In this document: positions 39,393 through 54,391 of the stretch, piece by piece
How the letters are laid out: each line of letters opens with the position of its first letter
Position numbering within the stretch: the first letter of the stretch is position 1
From: Terriglobia bacterium
GTDB taxonomy: Bacteria > Acidobacteriota > Terriglobia > Acidiferrales > UBA7541
DNA length: 64,000 bases
NCBI GenBank assembly: GCA_963695545.1
Contig: OY968796.1
Coordinates: forward strand, 224,001 to 288,000
Direction: 5' to 3'
Translations under genes and position numbers: made by a program
Notes under the pieces: model-generated
Databases searched by the model: none
What the model was told of the DNA's origin: nothing
Seen by the model: only the letters and a program-made list of their open reading frames with translations

Positions 39393-41762
39393 ATGCGGCA
39401 CGCGATGAACGCTCGATGCAGCTGGACCATTTTCGCGAGCATGTTGGCGACGACGCTGGCACTGTTACTCACCAGACCGCCAAACGCCCGCGCGCAATGG
39501 GCTGCGCTCGACCCGGTCGTCAGCGTGGCGCAGCAAACCGATGGCGCACTATTCACCATGAAAACGGGAATGCTGCGCGTGCAGGTCTGCGCGGATTCCA
39601 TCATTCACATCGTTTACTCGCCGACATCTTCATTTCCCGATGCGCCGCCGTACGTGGTGACGAAAACGAGCTGGCCGGCCGCGCAGTTCACGATGCAAAC
39701 GAGCGATAAAGACGTGGCGCTTTCGACCGCGCGCATGAAGATCACGGTCACGCTCGCGGACGGCAAGATTCGATTCGACGACGCGGCGGGGAAAAAACTG
39801 TTTCAAGAGGACGACCGGAGCATGACGCCGGTCGAGGTCAACGGTGAGAAAACTTACCGGTCGGAGATCGCCTCCGGACTGTGGGATTCGACCGAGGGAT
39901 TTTACGGACTCGGGCAGCATCAGGCGGGCGTGTGGAATTATCACGGCGAGTCGGTCGACCTATCGCAAGACAATACGAATATTTCGGTGCCGTTTTTCGT
40001 TTCGAGCAATGGTTACGGCATTCTGTGGAACAACAGCTCACGCAGCCGCTTCAACAATCGCTTTTTGCACGCGCTGTACCTCAGTTCCGAAGTTGCCGAC
40101 ACCATCGACTATTATTTTCTCTACGGACCGGATTTCGATCGCGTGATTGCCGGCTACCGCGATTTGACGGGCCAAGCGCCGCTGTTCGGAAAGTGGGCCT
40201 ACGGATTCTGGCAATGCAAGAATCGCTACAGCTCGCAAGAAGAATTGCTCGGAGTGGCGCACAAATATCGCGATTTGGACATTCCGGTCGACAACATCGT
40301 GCAGGATTGGTTCTGGTGGAAAACCATGGGCGAACCCGTGTTCAACAAAAACTACCCGGACCCGGCGGGCATGATCGCTGATCTGCATCAAAACCATTTT
40401 CACGTGATGTTTTCGTACTGGCCGTTTTTCGACCCAGGGACGCCCGTTTACGACTACATGGATGAACACGGCTTCTTCATCACGAGCAGCGTGGTGCCTG
40501 GATTTCATCCGTCGGGGCACGCACTCTATGACGCGTTCAATCCCGAGGCGCGCGCGTATTACTGGTCGCTGCTCGACAATCTTTTCAAAATGGGCGCGGA
40601 CGCCTGGTGGCTGGACACCGACGAGCCAGAAACTGAAGGGCAAGAGACAAATCTTCTGGAGACCAGCAAAGTCGCGATCGGCAGCGGTGCGCGTTATGCG
40701 AATCTTTTTCCTTTAATGACCACGACTGGTGTGTGTCAAGGCCAGCGCGGCGCGTCGGACCAGAAACGGGTGTTCATACTTTCGCGTTCGGCGTGGGCCG
40801 GGACGCAGCGGAACTCCGTCACTGCGTGGTCGGGAGACGTGGAAGCGAATTGGCTGAGCTTTGCGCGGCAAATTCCGGCGGGATTGAATTTTGAACTTTC
40901 GGGGCTGCCCTACTGGACCACGGACATCGGCGGCTTCGTGACCGGACATCCGGACGATCCGGCGTATCGCGAACTTTTCGTGCGCTGGTTTGAGTACGGC
41001 GCGTTCTGTCCGATTTTCCGCGTGCATGGAACGCGCGTGCCGGACGTGAACGAGCTGTGGTCTTATGGTCCCGACGCGCAGAAAATTCTGACGGATTACG
41101 ACCGGCTGCGCTATCGCCTTCTGCCGTACATTTATTCGGTCGCGTGGAAAATCACGAACGAGGGTTACACCCCGATGCGCGCGCTGGCCATGGATTTTCC
41201 CGGCGACGTGCGCGCGCGAAACATCGGCGATCAATTCATGTATGGCCCTGCGATCCTGGTGAATCCGGTGACGGAGCCGGGCGCGGCGTCGCGTCATCTC
41301 TATTTGCCGAACGCGAAGTGGTACGACTTCTGGACCGGCCGCGCGGTGACGGGCGGCGTCGCCGTGGATGCCGCGGCGCCGATCGAGCGGATGCCGCTGT
41401 ACGTGCGCGCCGGTTCGATTCTGCCGATGGGGCCCGAACTCCAATATTCCACGGAAAAACCGGAAGACCCGATCGAGCTGCGCGTTTATGCCGGCGCAGA
41501 CGGGAGCTTCACGCTTTATGAAGATGAGAACGACACGTACGACTACGAGAAGGGCGCGTACGCCACAATTCCATTCGCCTGGGACGATGCCGCAAGAACC
41601 TTGACCATCGGCGATCGCAAAGGAACATTTCCCGGAATGCTCAATACGCGAACGTTTCGGATCGTCTTCGTCGGTGAAGGGCACGGAATTGGAATCGGCG
41701 CTACGGACGAGCCCGATACGATCGTCACATTCAACGGCGCGCAAATCGTCGTGCGCCGGTAG
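39393..41762 (+). CDS. Glycoside hydrolase family 31 (alpha-xylosidase/glucosidase-like), exported
   Basis: YGLGQ, IVQDWFWW, WWLDTDEPE, WSGD, TTDIGGF; GGGAGG RBS. Confidence 0.93.
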   Translation: MRHAMNARCSWTIFASMLATTLALLLTRPPNARAQWAALDPVVSVAQQTDGALFTMKTGMLRVQVCADSIIHIVYSPTSSFPDAPPYVVTKTSWPAAQFTMQTSDKDVALSTARMKITVTLADGKIRFDDAAGKKLFQEDDRSMTPVEVNGEKTYRSEIASGLWDSTEGFYGLGQHQAGVWNYHGESVDLSQDNTNISVPFFVSSNGYGILWNNSSRSRFNNRFLHALYLSSEVADTIDYYFLYGPDFDRVIAGYRDLTGQAPLFGKWAYGFWQCKNRYSSQEELLGVAHKYRDLDIPVDNIVQDWFWWKTMGEPVFNKNYPDPAGMIADLHQNHFHVMFSYWPFFDPGTPVYDYMDEHGFFITSSVVPGFHPSGHALYDAFNPEARAYYWSLLDNLFKMGADAWWLDTDEPETEGQETNLLETSKVAIGSGARYANLFPLMTTTGVCQGQRGASDQKRVFILSRSAWAGTQRNSVTAWSGDVEANWLSFARQIPAGLNFELSGLPYWTTDIGGFVTGHPDDPAYRELFVRWFEYGAFCPIFRVHGTRVPDVNELWSYGPDAQKILTDYDRLRYRLLPYIYSVAWKITNEGYTPMRALAMDFPGDVRARNIGDQFMYGPAILVNPVTEPGAASRHLYLPNAKWYDFWTGRAVTGGVAVDAAAPIERMPLYVRAGSILPMGPELQYSTEKPEDPIELRVYAGADGSFTLYEDENDTYDYEKGAYATIPFAWDDAARTLTIGDRKGTFPGMLNTRTFRIVFVGEGHGIGIGATDEPDTIVTFNGAQIVVRR

Positions 41763-42095
41763 CAGCACCGGCAACCGCTCGACGATCCAGTACCGACGCG
41801 CGTGTTGCTGCGCGGCTTTCATCAGAACTTTCGTACGGATTTGATTGCTCGCCGCGAACGCCCCGCCGGTGGCGTACCCTCCCGAAAGGCTCCCCGACAC
41901 GCTCGCTGCCATCAACCACCTGAACGAAGGGACAGGTGGAGAGATGTGCCCTGAAACCTGGAACATTCGGGGCACGTTCCAATAGTTAGGGGCGCTGTTC
42001 TAGTTACAATTATTGAGCAACTCGCATCTAATATTTATACGAATGGTTGCTGCTACGGATGGCCATTCATAAGGGCAGTCGGCCTAAGAGGCTTT

Positions 42096-42923
42096 ATGCG
42101 GAAGATATTGCTGGTGGCATTCATATCCGTTCTGTTGGGATTTCCGGCGCTGGCGCAACAGCAACAGGCGCAGCAGCAGCCTCAACAGCAACAGCAGACT
42201 GCGGCCGACCCCACAGGATCTGATCAGCAGGTGTTCATTCCTCCGCCAACGATGGCGCAGAAGGGCGCTTCGGCCAAGCCGGGCCCCGCGCAGACCGGCG
42301 CCACGCCGAACGGCTCGGGCAATGGATCGACCGTCGGCTCGAATGACCGCCTTTTTTTTGCTCTGCCCAACTTCGGAACGGTTGAGAACGCCGAGAACAT
42401 CAAGCCCCTGACAATCAAGCAAAAATTTGATCTCCAGTGGCGAAGCACGTTCGATCCTGTCGAATTTCCTTACGTTGGCCTGCTCGCGGGCATCAGCCAG
42501 GCGACGAACAGCGATCCGGGCTACGGGCAAGGTGCGCTCGGTTACGCCAAGCGATACGGCGCGGCGTTTCTCGACAGTATCGACGAGAATTTCATGGTGG
42601 GCGCGATCTACCCGTCGCTGCTGAGAGAAGATCCCCGATACTATCAAATGGGCAAGGGCGGATTTTTCCGCCGCGCGGGTTATTCGGTCAGCCGGATTTT
42701 CGTGACGCGCACGGATTCCGGAAAAGCTCAGTTTAATTTCTCGGAGATCCTCGGCAGCGCGACTGGAGCGGCTATCGGCACAACGTATCGCGTCGGTAAC
42801 GAGAGAAGTTTTGGCGACGCGGCGTCCGACTGGGGAACGCAGGTCGGATGGGACACCGTAGATAATCTGATGAAAGAATTCTGGCCGGATATCCGGCGTC
42901 AATTTCACCGCAACAACAGTTGA
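42096..42923 (+). CDS. Conserved hypothetical exported/membrane protein
   Basis: Signal peptide, Gln-rich linker, YGQGALGYAKRYGA, EDPRYY, EFWPD. Confidence 0.82.
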   Translation: MRKILLVAFISVLLGFPALAQQQQAQQQPQQQQQTAADPTGSDQQVFIPPPTMAQKGASAKPGPAQTGATPNGSGNGSTVGSNDRLFFALPNFGTVENAENIKPLTIKQKFDLQWRSTFDPVEFPYVGLLAGISQATNSDPGYGQGALGYAKRYGAAFLDSIDENFMVGAIYPSLLREDPRYYQMGKGGFFRRAGYSVSRIFVTRTDSGKAQFNFSEILGSATGAAIGTTYRVGNERSFGDAASDWGTQVGWDTVDNLMKEFWPDIRRQFHRNNS

Positions 42924-43210
42924 ATAAATCCGCCGCGAAACCGAGAATCGAAGTCGAAACGCTGAGCGAGGGAGATTATCGCGTTCGCGTGATTGAGGGC
43001 GGAAGCGAATCCGCGCACCGCGTCACGCTGAAGGCGGAAGATTTTAAGCGCTTGGCCGGCGGCAAGGTTGCCGCAGAAGAACTCGTGCGGCGATCGTTCG
43101 AGTTTCTTTTGGAACGCGAGCCGAAGGAATCGATTCTCGCTCGCTTTGACCTCTCCGTGATCGCCCGCTACTTTCCCGAATACGAAAACGAAATCGCGCG
43201 CAGGCTGTAG
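42920..43210 (+). CDS. Conserved small hypothetical protein
   Basis: SFEFLLEREPKESIL..FDL.VI.RYFPEYE; TTG overlaps the upstream stop. Confidence 0.78.
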   Translation: MNKSAAKPRIEVETLSEGDYRVRVIEGGSESAHRVTLKAEDFKRLAGGKVAAEELVRRSFEFLLEREPKESILARFDLSVIARYFPEYENEIARRL

Positions 43211-43412
43211 ACCCACTCGCGGCGGAGCGCCGCGCTGCACGAATCCGCGCTGCAGGTCGCAGCCCGTTCCCACTTTTTCGCCGCTTAACTGGCGCCAGCA
43301 ATCTGCCGAGTTGGGACAATCGTTACGAATCGCGTAATCCGCTAATCCAAATCGCTTCCACCGTCGTACTGCTCAGTGTGCGGTCACATCCAAACAGAGA
43401 GGATTAATAAAA

Positions 43413-43991
43413 ATGAAATCACGCTTGCTGGTTGCGGTATGTGCATTGCTGATGCTCGGAGGCGTTGTGGTTGCCGCTCAGAATGACCCGATGGTGGGCG
43501 GTGCGGCGATGTATCCAAGCAAGAACATCATCGAAAATGCGTTGAATTCTGCCGATCACACCACGCTGGTGGCCGCCGTGAAGGCCGCGGGATTGGTGGA
43601 CACGCTCGAAGGCCCCGGCCCGTTCACGGTTTTCGCCCCGACGAACGAGGCGTTTGCAAAGCTGCCCGCCGGCACGGTGGACACTCTTCTGAAGCCGGAG
43701 AATAAGGACACGCTGGTGAAAATTCTAACCTACCACGTGGTCGCAGGGCGCCTGAGCACCGCCGACATTAAGAAAATGATCAAAGACGGCCATGGCAAAG
43801 CGGAACTGAAAACCGTGAGCGGTGGTACCATCACGGCCACCGAAGGCATGGACACGATGGGCAGCATGAACCACATGAGCAGCATCGTGCTGACCGACGA
43901 AAAGGGCGGGACCGCTTCCATCACGATCTCGAACGTCTACCAATCGAACGGCGTCATTCAGGTGATCGATTCGGTTCTCATGCCGAATTAG
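43413..43991 (+). CDS. Fasciclin-domain protein
   Basis: TTLVAAVKAAGLV, FTVFAPTNEAF, LTYHVV, SNGVIQVID. Confidence 0.95.
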   Translation: MKSRLLVAVCALLMLGGVVVAAQNDPMVGGAAMYPSKNIIENALNSADHTTLVAAVKAAGLVDTLEGPGPFTVFAPTNEAFAKLPAGTVDTLLKPENKDTLVKILTYHVVAGRLSTADIKKMIKDGHGKAELKTVSGGTITATEGMDTMGSMNHMSSIVLTDEKGGTASITISNVYQSNGVIQVIDSVLMPN

Positions 43992-44009
43992 GTTCTCTGT
44001 CGCAAACGC

Positions 44010-44049
44010 AAACAAGCCGGGCGCGGGTACCCGCGCCTGGCTTGTTTTT
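44010..44049 (+). terminator. Intrinsic terminator after the fasciclin gene
   Basis: AAACAAGCCGGGCGCGG-GTAC-CCGCGCCTGGCTTGTTT followed by TT. Confidence 0.85.
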
Positions 44050-44284
44050 GGAGCGCGCATATTCCGCGATACCTCTCCGCATTCCGTCCTCGCAGAGCAG
44101 TTCCACGCTCCTCGTCAAGCGGGTCATGATGGAAAGGCACAACCGTTTCCCATGAGTACTGGTACGATTTTTCCTGGCGCGCTGCCAAAAATCCAGTTGC
44201 AATCGAATTGGCCTGTGTTACTCTCCTCGGGATATCGGCGAAAAGGAAATTTTCGGAGTCAATATAATTGACGGGGTGGCGTAA

Positions 44285-45016
44285 ATGAAAAAAGGAATCT
44301 TGGCGTTCGCTTTTCTAGCTGTGCTGGGCGTCCCCTTGGCTGCGACAGCGGATCCGATTACAGGCGTCCTGAACGTTACGGGGACGGTTGAGATTTCCTC
44401 AGGCAGCATCGCGTTCGCTAATGACGCGTTCTACATAAACAACCCTGCCACCTCGCAGCAAGGTGGTTTCACCGCTTTGGCGGGAACCCAGGGTATGATC
44501 GACAACATCACGAACCCGCCCGACACAACCGGCGCGCTTGACGTGCCGGACTTTATGACGTTCGACGCCGCTCCCAACATCACCTTTACTTTGACGTACC
44601 TTCTACCGGGAATAGACGGATCAACGGATTGTACATCGCCTATTCCAGCCGCTGGCCAAGTGTGCACGCCAGATCTGCTCGTTCAGTCGCCGTTCGATCT
44701 AGCCAACATGTCCGCCACGAGTTCAATCGCTTCGTTTTCGATTTTGGGAGTTGAAGTCGACAGCCTCACGGGCGACACTGTCCCGGTTACGGGAGTATTC
44801 ACGATCCCACTGTCAGACGAGAGTTTCCAGAAGTTGCTCGCGACCATCGCCGGCGGCGGCACAGTCACGTCCTCCTTCGCCGCGCAATTCTCCACCCCCG
44901 CCGCTCCATCGCCAGCGCCGGAACCCGGCGTCCTGCTGATGCTGGCAATTGGCATGATGGGATTGGTAGGATTGAAATCAGCCCGGTCGACCGCAAGGAA
45001 TTCGACAGAGAGCTGA
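44285..45016 (+). CDS. PEP-CTERM sorting-domain surface protein
   Basis: Signal peptide; C-terminal APEPG, hydrophobic helix, basic tail. Confidence 0.85.
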   Translation: MKKGILAFAFLAVLGVPLAATADPITGVLNVTGTVEISSGSIAFANDAFYINNPATSQQGGFTALAGTQGMIDNITNPPDTTGALDVPDFMTFDAAPNITFTLTYLLPGIDGSTDCTSPIPAAGQVCTPDLLVQSPFDLANMSATSSIASFSILGVEVDSLTGDTVPVTGVFTIPLSDESFQKLLATIAGGGTVTSSFAAQFSTPAAPSPAPEPGVLLMLAIGMMGLVGLKSARSTARNSTES

Positions 45017-45231
45017 TACTTGCTTCCCGCGCGGGTGTTTCGCGGGTGGCTTACTCATTGCGAAGATTTTTTCTTCAGCACGCCCACCGGATAATACTAC
45101 TGACAGTTTTCACTGCGGAGTAACCGACCGCGTCCGTCGGGCTGTGCCCTGAGTAGACCATCGTAGCCCTTCCTTCGCGCAGCAAAGGTTAGGGCTTTTC
45201 CGCTTTGCATTTCACCAGAACGCATTGAAAG

Positions 45232-45308
45232 TGGCGCGGCTGGAGGGATTCGAACCCCCGACCTAACGCTCCGGAGGCGTTCGCTCTATCCATCTGAGCT
45301 ACAGCCGC
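45232..45308 (-). tRNA. tRNA-Arg(CCG)
   Basis: GCGGCTG/CAGCCGC acceptor stem, TAGCTCAGATGGATAGAGC D arm, AACGC-CT-CCG-GA-GCGTT anticodon arm, GGTTCGAATCC, encoded CCA. Confidence 0.97.
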
Positions 45309-45460
45309 GCAGGAAGAACAGCGAGCGTATTCATTCTAAGCTGGTTTTAAAAGAGGTTCAATCCAATCGCGGAGCTGATCGCGATTCTCGCGTCGCATGC
45401 AATCGCGCACGGCACGCGGCTCCGCCACGAAAACCGTGGCGACACGCCCCGCCAATCCCG

Positions 45461-45880
45461 TCAGCTTCCCTGCATCAGCGTCTTGATCTGGTGCGCGAGC
45501 TTTTCAATGCCTTCGGCTTTGTGAATCAAATCGAGCGAGAGCACCTCGGTGGTATCGAGCGAGTCCACTTGCTTTTTCAAATCCTCGGCCATCTGCAAAA
45601 GCGTGGCGGCATCGTGCTCGATATTTTTGCGATCTTCCTTGAGAATTGCGCGCGGGTTTATCGCCGGTGTCGCGTCCGGGTCCGCCTCAGGCACGTCGCC
45701 GGGGAAGGTCCCCGGGAGGGAGCCCGGCGAGCTGGCTCCGCCCATCCCCGGTGAGGATCCCGGTGAATTTCCCGGCGTGCGGCCGTTGGGATATTGGCCC
45801 TGCTGCTGAGCTCGGGCCCAGAGCGGGCTGCTGGCGACGGCGAGCCAGCCTGCGAGAAACACCCTGCGATCGTTGCGCAT
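45461..45880 (-). CDS. Hypothetical exported protein
   Basis: DRRVFL Tat-like leader, Pro/Gly linker, C-terminal helix IEKLAHQIK; GAAGGAGG RBS. Confidence 0.75.
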   Translation of the reverse strand: MRNDRRVFLAGWLAVASSPLWARAQQQGQYPNGRTPGNSPGSSPGMGGASSPGSLPGTFPGDVPEADPDATPAINPRAILKEDRKNIEHDAATLLQMAEDLKKQVDSLDTTEVLSLDLIHKAEGIEKLAHQIKTLMQGS

Positions 45881-45997
45881 GGGGTTCCGACCTCCTTCGA
45901 GCATCCAAAGGGCTCACGGAGTCCAAAGGGACCGTTCCACAGCTCCCAGCCCGACAGGTTGGGGGCCGGATGCTATAATCGGCGCCTCGCCCATTAT

Positions 45998-46879
45998 ATG
46001 ACTCTACCGGCCGTCAAATGGTTGAATTTCACGCTCGGCAACGGACTGCGCCTGTGCGTGATCGTTCTGCTGGCGTTTGTGCTGAACCGCCTTCTGCGCG
46101 CGTTCACGAGACGCCTGATCAAGGCCGCGGCGCCCGACGACAACTCGCGCACCGCTCAACTCCGCGAGCAGCATACGCGCACCATGGCCGGCGTTATCTA
46201 CAGTGGCGGCAACGCGATCATCCTTTTGCTGGCCGCGCTGACGGCGCTGCCGGAGCTGGGCTTCAGCGTGACGCCGCTGGCGGCGGCCGCGGGACTCGCC
46301 AGCCTGGCCATCGGATTCGCCGCGCAAAATGTGGTGCGCGATTTCATCAACGGCTTTTTCATTGTGGTCGAAGAGCAATTCGTGGTCGGCGACATGATTC
46401 GCAGCGGCAATATCACCGGCCGAGTGGAACACCTCACGCTGCGCCGCACCGTGGTGCGCGATTCGTTCGGCGCGCTGGTGACGATCTCGAATTCCGATCT
46501 CGGCTCGGTGGCAAACCTGAGCCGCGATTGGAGCCAGATATTTGTTGACGTCACGGTGCCCGCCGGCGATTCCATCGACGCCGCGCTGGCGGCTCTCGAT
46601 AAAGTCGCGAGCGCGTTTCGTACCGACGCCGCGTGGTCGGCCGCGCTTCAGGACGGCCCGCGCGTTCTGGGGATCGATTCGCTCACGCCAACGTCCGCCG
46701 TGCTGCGCGTGCAAATCCGCACCGCGCCCAGCCGGCAAGACGACGTCGCGCGCGAATTGCGCCGGCGCATCGTCTCGTACTTCGAGCAGGAACACATTGC
46801 TATCGGCGAAGTGCATCGCGTGGGGCTGCTGAGTGCCGGTTCCGGCCCTCGCGGTGCTGCGCCCGCGGCGAACCAATGA
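45998..46879 (+). CDS. MscS-family mechanosensitive channel
   Basis: AIGFAAQNVVRDFINGFF, QFVVGD, TGRVEHLTLRRT, NLSRDWS; TGCTATAAT extended -10 at 45971-45979. Confidence 0.93.
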   Translation: MTLPAVKWLNFTLGNGLRLCVIVLLAFVLNRLLRAFTRRLIKAAAPDDNSRTAQLREQHTRTMAGVIYSGGNAIILLLAALTALPELGFSVTPLAAAAGLASLAIGFAAQNVVRDFINGFFIVVEEQFVVGDMIRSGNITGRVEHLTLRRTVVRDSFGALVTISNSDLGSVANLSRDWSQIFVDVTVPAGDSIDAALAALDKVASAFRTDAAWSAALQDGPRVLGIDSLTPTSAVLRVQIRTAPSRQDDVARELRRRIVSYFEQEHIAIGEVHRVGLLSAGSGPRGAAPAANQ

Positions 46880-47208
46880 AACTCGAAGACGTTTTGGTGT
46901 CCGTCTGGCGGCAAGCGCTCGAGGAGAACGCGAATTTGGTGGAGCTCGATGGCCGGCGCTTCCCCGTTCGCCGCACCGCGCGCCAGCGGTTGCGCCAAGT
47001 GGATTTCGAGTTCGAGAAAGAAAACCTGCGAGGCCTCGAACAAAATCCCAACACGCGTTCTCGCTGGGCCGAGATGGCTCGCAACGGAACGAAGGTGATG
47101 CAGTTTCTTTCCGGCGGCCGATATCTGGCGAATGTTGCGGCGGGCAAAGTGACGTTCTACGGCAAGGCTGCGTCCGGTCCAAAAAAACAGCCCGCGCGGC
47201 CCGCGTAA
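46876..47208 (+). CDS. Hypothetical protein
   Basis: ATGA overlap with the mscS stop; GLEQNP.T.SRWA..A..G.KVMQF pattern. Confidence 0.75.
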   Translation: MKLEDVLVSVWRQALEENANLVELDGRRFPVRRTARQRLRQVDFEFEKENLRGLEQNPNTRSRWAEMARNGTKVMQFLSGGRYLANVAAGKVTFYGKAASGPKKQPARPA

Positions 47209-47290
47209 CGCCGCGCCATCCCCGGCTGCTCGCAGCAGCGCGAATCCGCGCGCGCGAGCAAAATTCGGATCAGCTAACGATCAAACCGTA

Positions 47291-48234
47291 TCAGCCAACG
47301 CCGGCGTGAATCGGCTGCTTTAAGTCGCTCGGCACGGCGATCTCCACGCGATTGCGACCTCTTTCCTTGGCGCGATAGAGCGCTGCGTCGGCAGCGCGCA
47401 ACAGCGCGGTCGGATCGCTCCCGGGCGCGTCGACGGTTGAAATCGCGCCTACGCTGAGCGTCATCCGCATTTGCCCCGTCGAGGTTTCGATCGGGTCACC
47501 CGCAACCGCCGAAGCCATGCGTACGGCTCGCTCTTCGGCGGCCGCGCGATCGCACCCCGGCAGCAGGATCAGAAATTCTTCGCCACCGTAGCGGCCCACC
47601 AAATCGTAGGCCCGCACCGCTTGTGTAATACGCCGCGCCGTTTCGCGCAGCACGTCGTCGCCGCTCAAGTGGCCGAGCGTGTCGTTCACTATCTTGAAGT
47701 GATCGAGATCCGCCAGCAAAACCGCGAGCGATCCGCCTTCGCGCGCGGTGCGCCACACCTCGCGCTGCAGCAGTTCGAGAATCGCGCCGCGATTCCACAC
47801 GCCGGTCAGCGCATCGTGGCTGGCCTTGAAGCGCAGCACTTCGCGCGCCTTCACCAGATTGTCTTCGAGCTCGAGCACGCGCGTTCCCGCTCGGAGTCGC
47901 GCCCGCAATTCATCGGAATTGAACGGCTTCGTGAGGTAGTCGTCGGCGCCGGATTCCAGACCTTCGACAACGTGCCGCTTGTCGCTTTTCGACGTAAGCA
48001 GCACGACGTACACGTACGCGGCGAGCGGTTCAAGACGCAGCGCGCGGCAAACTTCCGGTCCATCCACCAGCGGCATCATCCAATCGAGAAGCGCCAAACG
48101 AGGCGCGTCGCGCGCGCGCAAAATCTCGAGCGCCGCCTGGCCGTCCGCAGCCGTCACGACGTCGTAACTCCACTTGCGAAGCAGCCGCACCGCCAATTGA
48201 CGCGATACCGCGTCATCGTCGGCCACCAGAATCT

Positions 48235-48238
<4 letters not shown>
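47291..48238 (-). CDS. Response regulator diguanylate cyclase (REC-GGDEF)
   Basis: ADDD, LDWMMP, DDYLTKP; DLDHFK.VND, RAYD I-site, GGEEF. Confidence 0.95.
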
Positions 48239-52695
<4,457 letters not shown>

Positions 52696-52696
52696 G

Positions 52697-53269
52697 CTAG
52701 TTCGTCCCCGCCCCGGGACCCTCGATCACTTCCGACGCCAGTTGCAAAAGATTGGCGCTGACCTTGATCCCCGCGCTTTTCACAGCCCTGTCGTTCACCG
52801 CGATACGCACCTGGTCGCCGTTCCTGGAGAACTGAATCATCCCGCCCCAGCCCAGAAAGCCGTCTGCGTCTCCCACCGTGAGCACGCTCGATCCGCTGAG
52901 AGATGCCAAAACCTGCGCCACCTCCTTCTGTTCTGACGAGCCGATGAAGAGCATTTGGCACGCTCGCAAATCGTCTCGCGGGCGTGTCTCGCGGACCTCA
53001 ATCGCACGGCCGTCCACCGATGTCTCGGACGCGAGGCGAGCCAGTTCGATCCCGAAAGGATTTCTGCCGAGAATGGCGATCACGAACGGAGCCTTGGGGC
53101 TTTGAAACGCGCTGCTGGGCCACACGATGAACCGCGAAAGATTGATCACGCACCCAGCTTCCGCTTGTATCGATTGCTCGGAATCCGAACAGGCGCCCGT
53201 CGGAATCAGGCCGATCGCGACTAGCACGCCCAACACCACGAGCGATCTTCGGATGGACGCGCCACGCAT
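52697..53269 (-). CDS. YfiR-family periplasmic protein
   Basis: NLSRFIVWP, ILG.NPFG, CQMLFI, VLTVGD, GGMIQF, SANLLQLA. Confidence 0.9.
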   Translation of the reverse strand: MRGASIRRSLVVLGVLVAIGLIPTGACSDSEQSIQAEAGCVINLSRFIVWPSSAFQSPKAPFVIAILGRNPFGIELARLASETSVDGRAIEVRETRPRDDLRACQMLFIGSSEQKEVAQVLASLSGSSVLTVGDADGFLGWGGMIQFSRNGDQVRIAVNDRAVKSAGIKVSANLLQLASEVIEGPGAGTN

Positions 53270-53539
53270 GGTTCCTCCGCAAATGAAAAAGCAGTTTCGC
53301 GGCCAAACCGCGCACGCACGCGGCTTTCCTAATGCTGTAAGTGTCGCGGGCTAAGTGGTTTCCATCGGTGCGAGCATGAATACCGATCGGTAGAGTACGG
53401 TAGGTGTTTCGAAGCGAACCCGTCTGCGCCACACCGGCACAGCGGTTCGCGTCTTTCGGCCGGCACCGACGCGTTCAGCGTGCGGAAGTTCGACTGAGAG
53501 TTCGAATCGTGGGCTTTTAATCAGGGTCGCGAAAGACGA

Positions 53540-54391
53540 TTAGCGAAGAAGATCTTCGAGTTTTACGCGGCCTTCGGTCTTCGCGTCGCGGTATTTCACG
53601 ATCACGCCGGCCTGCAGCGCAAGTCCCCACTTGCGGCCGACCGGGTGCGTAATTGCGCGCGATCCGGGAACCACGATCGCGCCTTCGGGAATCACCAGCG
53701 GCGCATCGTCGCAGGCCGTATACGTCGCGTCGCGCACAAGATCATAAACCGGCGTCGAAGCATTCAGGATCGTGCCCGTGCCGAGCACCGCGCCGCGCTT
53801 CACCACGGTCCCTTCGTACACGCCGCAATTGCCGCCGACCAGAACTTCATCTTCAATGATCACCGGCAGCGCGCCCACCGGCTCGAGCACGCCGCCCAAC
53901 TGCGAGGCCGCCGAGATGTGACACTTGCGGCCCACCTGCGCGCAACTCCCCACCAGCGCGTGCGAGTCGATCATGGTGTCTTCGCCCACGTACGCGCCGG
54001 CGTTGATGTACATCGGCGCCATGCAGATCACGCCGCGCGCGACGAAGCAACCGTCGCGAATGCTCGAGCCGCCCGGCACGATGCGCACGCCGCTCTCTGT
54101 CGAAAATGCGCGCACCGGGAATGTGGATTTGTCGAAGAACGGCTGCTTGGCGCGATCGATGGACATGTCCATGATTACGCCCATGCGAAATCCCAGCAGA
54201 ATTCCTTTTTTCACCCAAACGTTTACACGCCAGCCCGTCTTCGTTGAAGGATCGGGCTCAGCGGCGCGCGCTTCCCCGCGATTCAATAGATCCTTGAACG
54301 CTTGGAACACGCGGAAGTGCTCGTCGGTATATTTCGACGTCGGATGATCGAACAACGTCTCGATCAGCGGTTCAATTTCGCGCGGCTGCAT
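53540..54391 (-). CDS. dapD: Tetrahydrodipicolinate N-succinyltransferase
   Basis: WVKKGILLGFR, NAGAYVG..TMIDSH..VGSCAQVG, GGVLEP. Confidence 0.95.
   Translation of the reverse strand: MQPREIEPLIETLFDHPTSKYTDEHFRVFQAFKDLLNRGEARAAEPDPSTKTGWRVNVWVKKGILLGFRMGVIMDMSIDRAKQPFFDKSTFPVRAFSTESGVRIVPGGSSIRDGCFVARGVICMAPMYINAGAYVGEDTMIDSHALVGSCAQVGRKCHISAASQLGGVLEPVGALPVIIEDEVLVGGNCGVYEGTVVKRGAVLGTGTILNASTPVYDLVRDATYTACDDAPLVIPEGAIVVPGSRAITHPVGRKWGLALQAGVIVKYRDAKTEGRVKLEDLLR

Noticed and set aside
41770..42060. Possible ncRNA after the GH31 gene
   Set aside because: Two modest hairpins only; no family motif or second copy to support a call.
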